Source: Octopus sinensis (taxonomy: Eukaryota). From it: a stretch of DNA of 11,454 bases. The stretch covers positions 1 through 11,454 of the forward strand of contig NW_021826990.1 of the NCBI RefSeq assembly GCF_006345805.1, written 5' to 3'. Shown here in pieces: positions 1-7,930 of this stretch (position 1 is the first letter of the stretch; every line of letters begins with the position of its first letter). Made by a program: the position numbers and the translations under genes. The notes beneath the pieces were generated by a model that was not told where the DNA came from, searched no databases, and saw only the letters and a program-made list of their open reading frames with translations.

Positions 1-1487
1 AAACTGTAAAGGGGGAAGCAGATAAGGTTATCCGTGGGAAGAAAAGCCTACGGAAAAGACCATGGTAACCTCGGTCAATATTGTTACATGTTACCACATT
101 TGTTTGCAAGTAGGTAACCCTGTGTTTTAAATTTTCCGGGTTCATAGGATTATGCTCAAGGTGGCTTCGTCATTCATACGTGCCATCCTTGCTACATTCA
201 CCGATCTTTTTTTGAAACATTTGCTAGACAAAACTTGCCTCTCTACTCTCACTTTCCTTTTCAAGTGATACTCGAAGAAGTTGATGAGAGATTGACCAGA
301 GAGGAAAGTGTTTGTCTCCAATCCTTTCAGACGCGTCTACCAGATACATTCTTTCGCCATAGCCACAAGGATGATGAAAATAGCTCTTCCTTCCCGTTTG
401 AAGGAAGGAGGCGTGACAATATTAACGATAGACTCGGCTGATAAACCGACTCGTCCCACACGTGACAGCAGTTGTTCGACAGAAGCCCACAAAGTTGGGA
501 ATTGTTGGACACCACACGAGATGCATGCAGAACGGTTTCGTCACTCTGACCGCACCTCGGGCAGGTCGGCCCCGTGTTTCTCGAGCCGTGTCTGTAGAGC
601 TTATCCCAAACGGGTAGCGCTTCTCGATAGCACTGCCAGGCCAGGGATCTCTGGAAGTTGTCCATGGGCCCTGGCCTGAAAGTCGTCCTGAACGGGCGGG
701 TCAGGTATTCCTCGTCGACGTCCAGGTTCGCCCCGAGCTCGTCATCGTACCTCCCCTCCACTAATCCCCTATAGAATGCTTTGGTTGTGTTGAAGTCACT
801 CAAGGTCGACCCGAGACGGCATAGTTGCTTGAGAGCAACGCGACACTCGCGGTGCCATTCGCCCTTCCTTGGCCTCCTTTTGATCCACGACTGCAGTTCG
901 GTCATGGAGACGAGTTGCGGGAAAGCGTGCCTCACAAACAGCGACCACATCTGTTCACCGTCGTCTACGTAGAGCCTGAGATGCCGCAGTCTCAGCGCGT
1001 GTCTGCGTATCATCAACCACGGCATGCCCAGTCCTACTTTTAACGGGTGTTGACAGCAAATGGATCGCCTGACCATCGGGACGCATCCTTTCCACAGGAA
1101 GTGAAAGAGAATGCGTTCTAGTTTGGTGATGGTAGGGTCGGGACAAGGCACGACGGTCAGGTGGTAGTAGATGATGGAGTTCACCACCTCCGCCCGAACT
1201 TTTAGGGACAGTTTCCTCTCGGCTCATTGCACGTTTGCGCCTTGTCGACCAGTTTCTCGATGACAAGCACCAACCTCTTGGCTAACACCTTGGCCAAAAT
1301 TTTCAAGTCTGCATTAAGCAGAGTGATGGGCCTAAAGTTATCTATTACGTCCCCCTTGTTTAGATCTTTCTTCAGCAGTGTTACAGCTCCTCGGCTCACA
1401 AACCAGGAATGCTCCCGTTTTGCTGCCAGTTGCAGCACACCACTGCCAAGACGTCTCTAAACAAGTCTGGCATACAACTGTAAAGCT
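1..1487 (-). mobile_element. L1/Tx1-clade non-LTR retrotransposon, 5'-truncated, internally deleted; 3' UTR runs off the window start
   Basis: Minus-strand translation shows the RT N-terminus (LYSCMPDLF..NWQQNGSIP / RGAVTLLKKD..NFRPITLLNADLKILAKVLAKRL), then RKLSLKVRAEVVNS, FLWKG..GLGMP and a zf-RVT CCHC knuckle (CPRC..ETVLHA/LVWC). Clearly more GC-rich than the flanks. Homology ends at ~1487 next to GATA/TA repeats. Confidence 0.92.
142..1485 (-). pseudogene. Disrupted ORF2 (RT remnant plus C-terminal zinc knuckle) of the Tx1-like LINE
   Basis: Combines track ORFs 1202-1438 and 327-1187. After two frameshifts near 500-520 the frame continues LWASVEQLLSRVG..AKECIW*TRLKG..KRKVRVERQ..TLSIIL* to a stop at 142-144. 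Internal stop at 337-339; frameshift near 1410. Confidence 0.88.
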
Positions 1488-1491
1488 AGTT

Positions 1492-1528
1492 AGGTAGATG
1501 GATAGATAGTTATGTATATGTGTTTGTC

Positions 1529-1572
<44 letters not shown>
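1492..1572. repeat. GATA-like plus (TA)n microsatellite
   Basis: Direct reading; TA run ~1529-1572. Confidence 0.95.
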
Positions 1573-1573
<1 letters not shown>

Positions 1574-1947
1574 AATTTCATGTTCAGTTAAATGAAGGAA
1601 AGAAAATGGAGAGTTAAGATGATAATAATTATTTGTTATTAAAAAATTGGTAATCTTTACTTCTTACAGCCGTTTCCATTAGTGCTCAAATAAATAAATT
1701 ACAAATTTATGCTTTAAATTTGTATTTATATGTTATGAGATAATTTCATCAGAGAAAGATTTACATTACATTAAGATATGCTCATAACATATAAATACAA
1801 ATTTAAAGCATAAATTTGTAATTTACTTATTTGAGCACTAATGGAAACAGCTGTAAGAAGTAAAGATTACCAAATTTTTAATAACAAATAATTATCATTA
1901 TCTTAACTCTCCATTTTCTTTCCTTCATTTAACTGAACAGGGAATTT
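1573..1947. repeat. Long inverted repeat: arms 1573-1739 and 1781-1947 (167 bp each), 41-bp spacer
   Basis: Manual reverse-complement alignment gives 7 mismatches and no gaps (~96% identity). Confidence 0.95.
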
Positions 1948-2068
1948 CTCCTTAATACATTCCTATTGATTTGAAGAAATTTCATTTCCCAAAATTACTT
2001 GGTATAAAGTTAGTATTTATTTGGATGCAAATATCTCTTTACGGGGTTAACTTATCCTCTAATCAACT

Positions 2069-2406
2069 TATATGTATATATACATACACACACACGCATG
2101 CACACACACACACACACACACACATACACACATACATATATAGATATACATATATACACACATACATATATACATATACATATATGTACACATACATATA
2201 TACATATACATATATACACACACACAAATATATTTACATACATATACATTTAACTGCATATATTCATTCATACATACACATGCATATATGTACACACACA
2301 CATATGTGTGTGTATACATGTATATATGTATACATATATATATATATATATATACATGTATGTGTATATGTGTATACATATATGTGTGTGTATAGGAGTG
2401 TGTCGT

Positions 2407-2439
<33 letters not shown>

Positions 2440-2450
2440 CACACACATAC
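2069..2450. repeat. Compound (CA)n/(TA)n/(TG)n microsatellite
   Basis: Direct reading; source of the spurious Y/T/H/I/V/C-rich ORFs in the track. Confidence 0.97.
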
Positions 2451-2707
2451 AAATGTACTTTAAAAGAAAATAAAGAGATCTCAAGAATTTGAAACTTGAT
2501 AACTCTTGGAGTTTCATATCCATATTTATGTGTTAATAGCTATTCAGACTGGCTGAGTTGATATCCTACTCAAGATATTTAAGAACAGGATTGAATTGGA
2601 AATTATAGCACACATGTGTTAATACAGAAATAGGTTAATACAGAAAAACCTACAGCAACGGGAAAGAAATACAAAAATTCCTTAAAACGAAATTAAAATT
2701 TGAGTAT

Positions 2708-2890
2708 AGGCACTGGTGTGGCTGTATGGTGAGGAGCAAGCTTCTTAGAATACGGCCATACTATATTCACAACTACATGATTTCAGGTTCAGTTCCACTG
2801 CATGACACCTTAGGCAAGTATCTTCTACAACAGCCCTAGGCATTGCCAGTAGATCTGGTTGATGGAAACTGAAAGAAGCCTGTCATATAC
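2708..2890 (+). mobile_element. tRNA-derived SINE, 5' (head) part
   Basis: A-box-like TGGCTGTATGG (2719-2729), B-box-like GGTTCAGTTCC (2786-2796), CCTTAGGCAAGTATCTT central motif, ending GGAAACTGAAAGAAGCCTGTC before a microsatellite. Resembles octopus SINE heads from recall. Confidence 0.8.
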
Positions 2891-2913
2891 ATATCTAAAT
2901 CTAGCTATCAGTC

Positions 2914-3029
2914 TATATATATGTGTGTGTGTATATATGTGTGTATGTATATATATATATATATATATATGCACACACACACACACACATATATATATAT
3001 AGTATACAATTAGAAGAAAATATATACAA

Positions 3030-3079
<50 letters not shown>

Positions 3080-3128
3080 ATATATATATGTATATGCATA
3101 TATATATATATACACACACACACACTAT
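2914..3128. repeat. Compound (TA)n/(TG)n/(CA)n microsatellite
   Basis: Direct reading. Confidence 0.95.
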
Positions 3129-3752
3129 ATGATGGCTCTCCACTCGTGACCGAGGAAGACCATTGCTAACCTTGAGGAGCATTGTGTGCTCTGGGACTAA
3201 CTTATAATTTGCATTTGCAGCTCCGTTAGTGCCTAATGAGTCCTGCTCTGACAAGCATACACGACTGCAAACATTGCAGACCAAGCTTTTCCCATTCACT
3301 ACGCTAGCAGAATGCTTAAGTTCTTCATGCAGAATACATGCTCTCTCAAAAGTGTCGATCCCCTCTTTAACTTGCTTCCTCCATCTTTGGTGATGATAGG
3401 TATTGTTCTCCCAGTCAGTCCCCTGCATATCGCAGACCTTTAAGGAGGACTTGACACAGTCTTTAAATCACGGCCTTGGTTTCTGCCAGGGTGTCTTTCC
3501 ATTCACAAGTTCCCCATATAGCACCTGCTTAGGGATTCTGCTATCCTTCATTCTAATAAGGTGTCCAGTCCAACATAACCGGTGCCTGTGCACCATCACC
3601 TCAATACTCAAGATATTAACTGTTCACAGGACCTGGAGTTTTTAAGGTCCAACCAACATTCAGAATGTGTCTGTAACATCTTTGATGAAAGCATTCAAGG
3701 ACCCTTACATGACGTTTGTAAAGGGTCCATGTCTCACATGAGTATATAGTGT
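3129..3752 (-). mobile_element. RTE-clade (BovB-like) LINE 3' fragment: ORF C-terminus, zinc finger and short 3' UTR
   Basis: Minus strand reads YSCETWTLYKRHVRVLECFHQRCYRHILNVGW ... SIEVMVHRHRLCWTGHLIRMKDSRIPKQVLYGEL..*FKDCVKSSLK..WE..RWRKQVKEGIDTFE..CNVCSRVCLS/RAGLIRH*RSC, all RTE hallmark motifs. Stops and frameshifts present. Confidence 0.92.
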
Positions 3753-4052
3753 GTGTGTGTGTGTGTGTGTATGTGTGTAATATATATATATATATATATA
3801 TATATGACTATAAATATACACTATATACTCATGTGAGACATAGACCCTTTACATACATGGAATATATATATATATATATATATATACACACTATATATAT
3901 GTATGTATATTATTACACACACACATATATATATATATACACACATATATAGTATATATAATATATATATATATAATATATATAATATATACACATATAT
4001 AGTATATATATATATATATTAATTAGAAGAATATATATACTACATACATACA
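3753..4052. repeat. (GT)n/(TA)n microsatellite array interrupted by a 36-bp inverted copy of the RTE 5' end (3818-3853)
   Basis: Direct reading. Confidence 0.9.
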
Positions 4053-4299
4053 CCTATAAATTAAAAGGAAAAAGGGATAAAAAAAATCCTGGTAGATATG
4101 AATAAAGCACTCTGTATTAAAAGAATTGGTTGTTAAATGTTCAGCAATCAGATACCAATAAATGTAATTAGAATATATATCCCAGGTAAATCCTCATGCA
4201 TGACAGGTAAATCCAAACATCCTTTGGCAGAATTTTGAGAAATTTAAAATATTTAACAACAAAAATTACGTTTAGATAAAATTATATCCTTATTATAGA

Positions 4300-6566
4300 T
4301 CTTCCCTATGAAGAAGACTCAAGCCATATCCAACGTGAATTTCCTTAAAGCAAAATGGTAATGAATTTGCAAAGAGATCCACAAACAAAACTGGTCCAAC
4401 AGTCTGTGTATGTAAGACATTGATATGAAACGCAGTCAGTTTATGTCAACAGTGCACGTTGTATGCACTAAATATACCCGAGAAAGAAAGACCAGCATAC
4501 CAACAAACAAGATTCCCAGGGACAGAAAAATTCTTATGTGACGCACATCAAAAGTCTCAAACTAGTTGAATAGACAACTGGAGGATAGGAAGAAGTCTAT
4601 TTTAATACAGACACTCCTAGAAATCAAAAGCAAGATCATACTCTCTCATGGAAAGGGAAGAGCAGAGAAAATAGAGCTGTAGAAATCATAAAAACAAACC
4701 CTAAAGCTTTCTATAAACTTGAAAAAAAAACCCAGCCACAATGCAATTTAAAATAGGACCATTGTTCCAAGGAAATAACTCACTAACTGCAGACCCAGAG
4801 AGGATAAGTGAGATATTCAGTGAACAATTTAACAATGTCTTCACTTCCCCACTTGGACACATGCAAATGAAAATCCAAGCTGAATTCTTTAATATTGCAG
4901 CCCTAAAAAAGGGGGAACCAACCATCAATTACATTAACATTGAGGAGACAGGTGTAACAGTGGCCATACATGAAATGAGTTCATGCTCTGCCACTGGTCC
5001 TGATGGCTTCCCAGTTATTCTCCTAAAGTCATGTCAGCAGGCTTTAGTGAAACCACTTCAGATACTTTTCCAGTTTCCTTGCAAGTAGTAAACTTCCTAA
5101 AAAGCTAAAAGGTGGCATTATATACCCTATCCACAATGGTGGAAGCAGAGTAGAGGCCAAAAACTACAAGCCACTTTCTCTCTGACTTTACATATCAGTT
5201 AAGTCATTGAGTGAATCATCAGAAAGAAGTTAATAATGTGCCTGGAAGAAAATGACCAACTGAACAATACTCAGCATAGCTTTCATCCAGAAAGAAGCTG
5301 CCTCCCACAGCTCCTATACCACTATGAATGGGTTTTGAAACAGCTGTTTGATCATTCAGATGTCAGTGGGATATATCTTGACTTTGCAAAAGCATGTCAT
5401 AAGCTGCAAAACCTTGGCATTGCTGGTGAACTGGGAGAGTGGCTGCTTGACTTCCTTAAAGGCAGTTGCAGCCAATGGTACCCTTTCTGAGGAAGCTCAA
5501 ATCTTAAGTAGTGTCCCCCAGGGAAATGTTCTAGAGTCATTACTATTCATAATAGCTCTCTTAGACATACCAATGGTCACTTGGACAAATACTGTCACTA
5601 GTTACACCAATGATACAAAATTATGACAGGCAATAAAAAAACCAAGATGATGTTGCAAGCTTACAAGTGGAACCTGAATGCAAATTTCAAATGGGTCAGA
5701 GTAAACAACATGCAGTTTAATGCTGGAAAATTTCAAGCACTGCACTATCAACTCATAAATGTACTGCAGCCAGCATGTGCAGGACCCAAAGTCACTGCAA
5801 TTCCAGAGTCACAAGCAGTGAAAGACTTTGGGGTCAGTATGTACAAGGATGCATCATTTCATAAGCACAATACCAAGATGGCAGCAAAGTGCAGACAACT
5901 GGCAAGATGGATAATGAGGTCCTTCAAGAAAAGAGACCAAAAATCTATGTTGACCCTGTGGAGAACCTTTGTTCTCAACTGCCTGGACTACTGCTCTCAG
6001 TTATGGTCACCACATAGTGCCAAACTAACAGCAGAGCTTGAAGCAGACCAACACCACTGTACTAAAAAGGAGGCTGGAAAAACTACAACTTTACTCCTGG
6101 AGCAAAGATGCGACAGATACATAATAATCTTCATATGGAAAACTCTTGAAGGGCTAGTACCAAACTTTGACATTGAGTGTTATACAAATGCCAGAACTTG
6201 ACGCCATTGTATTGTACCAAAGGTACCATCCGCTCCATCTAAATTCAGGACCAGACGCTGCAATAGTCTAGGGTTCTAATGTTCTGCCACAAAAATTAAG
6301 AAATCAGCATAAGGTGGAAGTAGATGTCTTCAAAAAGGAACTAGACATCCTCCTCCCCACAATACCAGATGAACCTGACATGAGGTACTGACCAGGGCAG
6401 CAGCATCAAACTCTCTTATACACTAAATGATCCAGCAGCTGGGACAAAGGCACATACAGGAATGGTGATGTGAAACACCCCAGACTGAGGAAATCAGCAA
6501 AACCACAGTGGTGCTCCAGCATGACCACGGCCACATGGCTGAAACAAGTAAAAGAATAAAAGAATA
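4300..6566 (+). mobile_element. CR1/Jockey-group LINE, 5'-truncated (endonuclease absent), decayed ORF2 plus 3' UTR
   Basis: Motifs in order: NFLKAKW, IPRDRKILM, IKTNPKAFY, IGPL..QFNNVFT..GPDGFP..LLKSC, NYKP, QHSF..RSCL.QLL, IYLDFAKA, VPQGNVL, YTND (for YADD), LDYCSQLWSP, RYIIIFIWKTLEGLVPN, FKKELD..IPDEP, RAAASNSL. Ends in (AAAAGAAT)2. The 5' boundary is approximate. Confidence 0.92.
4335..6424 (+). pseudogene. Reverse transcriptase pseudogene of the CR1/Jockey-group LINE
   Basis: Track ORFs 4741-5088, 5236-5490, 5348-5626 and 5623-6201 are consecutive pieces in different frames. Catalytic YADD is mutated to YTND and the FDKVDH-like segment after LDFAKA is missing. Confidence 0.9.
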
Positions 6567-6585
6567 ATTGTTTCTGTTGCATTAA

Positions 6586-6587
6586 CC

Positions 6588-6620
<33 letters not shown>

Positions 6621-6640
6621 AACATATATGTACATATATT
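6586..6640. repeat. (TA)n(CA)n microsatellite
   Basis: Direct reading. Confidence 0.93.
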
Positions 6641-6708
6641 GAAAATGTCATTAAAATTAATATTATATCTCAAAAATTTATTAACTTTAATTATGCATAT
6701 ATATATGT

Positions 6709-6771
6709 ATGTATCCTTAAAATCCTTAAAATGTTTTAGCTCGAAGGCTGCAGCCATGCTGGGGCACCACC

Positions 6772-6772
<1 letters not shown>
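6709..6772 (-). mobile_element. Short retroposon (SINE/LINE) 3' tail fragment
   Basis: Minus strand GGTGGTGCCCCAGCATGGCTGCAGCCTTCGAGCTAAAACA followed by (TTTTAAGGA)2; similar to the LINE tail at 6508-6566. Confidence 0.7.
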
Positions 6773-6813
<41 letters not shown>

Positions 6814-6867
6814 TATATATATATACATGTATGTATGTATATCTTTTTCTTTTTAAATATATATATA
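6773..6867. repeat. (TA)n microsatellite
   Basis: Direct reading. Confidence 0.93.
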
Positions 6868-7316
6868 CTAGATGTACCCGCCATGAACTGTGGGTCACAA
6901 ACACTCGAAGATGAAAATGTCAAAGTGTGGCAGGAGGGAAAAATTCTCTTGCAAAGTTCTTCATGCAATAAAATTCTTAAATAATACAGTTCTCCTGATT
7001 AATATTTTATTTTATATAAAATAACAATTTCCCTTTAAGAAAAAAAGTACCTGCAATTCAAAAGATATCTCAAAAAAATGTAAGCATAATTCCTTTTCTT
7101 TCAGTCTACGATTCCTGATTCAAAAGTTGTATAAATGATTAAAGGAAGAAAAAAGAAAGTAAGGAAAAGGATGGACAGCAGAAGCTGAGGACGAATCTTT
7201 GAAGGGTCAACATTTTCAATTGCCTTGTTTTCTTAAAGGGGAAATGACTATTTTATTTGTAATCTTTATCTTCTTAATCAAATGGCAGGAAAACAAACTT
7301 TGAGTTTTAGTATAAT

Positions 7317-7321
<5 letters not shown>
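6868..7321 (-). mobile_element. Probable non-autonomous Helitron (454 bp)
   Basis: Minus strand starts A|TCTATATTATACTAAAA (7322|7321) and ends CTAG|T (6868|6867). An imperfect GC-rich hairpin ACCCGC..GTGGGT (6876-6895) lies a few bases before the CTAG. No TIR or TSD, which matches the Helitron TC...CTRR, A|T insertion signature. Confidence 0.7.
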
Positions 7322-7408
<87 letters not shown>

Positions 7409-7416
7409 GAGAAGAG

Positions 7417-7458
<42 letters not shown>

Positions 7459-7462
7459 GAGA
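7322..7462. repeat. (GATA)n/(GA)n microsatellite
   Basis: Direct reading. Confidence 0.96.
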
Positions 7463-7472
7463 TGGGATATAG

Positions 7473-7920
7473 AATAATAAGGGTGGCTTATTCGCAATTT
7501 ACAACCCAAAGGCAGAACCATAGACATCACTAAAGTGAGAGAGGGTACTAGTTAGCACCAGCATTGCTAGAAATAACAGTCAAAGCAACTCTTATCCATG
7601 ATAAAGCACTTGTCTTGTGACTGCCAAGGGAGGCAAGCTCCTTACAGCTTCCAGGACATTGTCTATAGTTCTGCTTTCACTTATAAATTGTGAATAAGCC
7701 ACCCTTATTATTTATAATTTTCACTTTTAGCATTTATGATAAGGCAAGCTAGCTTAACCTTAAGCAGCCAAGTAAGAGCCACTGATGCGAAATCACTGGT
7801 AATCTGGCAAAGTCCAGATGCTGTAGGGAGCTTGCCCTGCTTGTCAGTCATAATGATAAGTGCCTTATCATGGCTAAGAGTTGTTTTGACTCTTATTTCT
7901 AGCAATGCTGATGCTTACTA
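7473..7920. repeat. Interlocked inverted repeats A(7473-7526) B(7549-7657) A'(7660-7712) B'(7812-7920)
   Basis: Manual alignment: A/A' 6 mismatches + 1 gap (~87%); B/B' ~15 mismatches + 2 gaps (~84%). Confidence 0.88.
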
Positions 7921-7930
7921 AAACCCTTTT

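Noticed and set aside
235-1460. Plus-strand ORFs 235-441, 308-679, 781-972, 825-1043, 1227-1460 and alternate-frame minus ORF 955-1266
   Set aside because: Antisense or out-of-frame shadows of the GC-rich Tx1 ORF2.
1746-1752. Minus-strand CTGATGA in the palindrome spacer
   Set aside because: No downstream GAAA and no stems; expected by chance.
2617-2650. Short direct repeat GTTAATACAGAAA x2
   Set aside because: Ordinary slippage-type duplication in AT-rich DNA.
2719-2796. tRNA genes at the A/B-box sites (here and 10046-10101)
   Set aside because: No closed cloverleaf or acceptor stem, and both run into SINE body sequence.
1971-3132. Long ORFs rich in Y/T/H/I/V/C (1971-2492, 2068-2523, 2825-3121, 2923-3132; also 3749-3952, 6406-6968, 7216-7530, 9150-9407, 10958-11314)
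   Set aside because: They are translations of stop-free dinucleotide microsatellites with no protein-like content.
4040-4300. Possible host exon ending at CAG|GTAAAT
   Set aside because: No convincing acceptor, reading frame or homology evidence from the sequence alone.
6470-6512. CTGAGGA..AAAAC in the LINE 3' UTR as a hammerhead
   Set aside because: Stem II does not pair, GAAA is absent and there is no valid cleavage triplet.
7566-7575. GCTAGAAATA resembling the Cas9 guide scaffold; repeats as a CRISPR array
   Set aside because: A 10-nt chance match in eukaryotic DNA; no regularly spaced repeat-spacer array anywhere in the window.
7782-7810. CTGATGCGAAATC as a hammerhead
   Set aside because: A9 is wrong, there is no pairable stem II before GAAA and no consistent helix III or cleavage triplet.
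7708-7921. ORFs 7708-7905 (-) and 7736-7921 (+) as possible GIY-YIG or other protein remnants
   Set aside because: Short, with no recognisable motif; cannot be supported.
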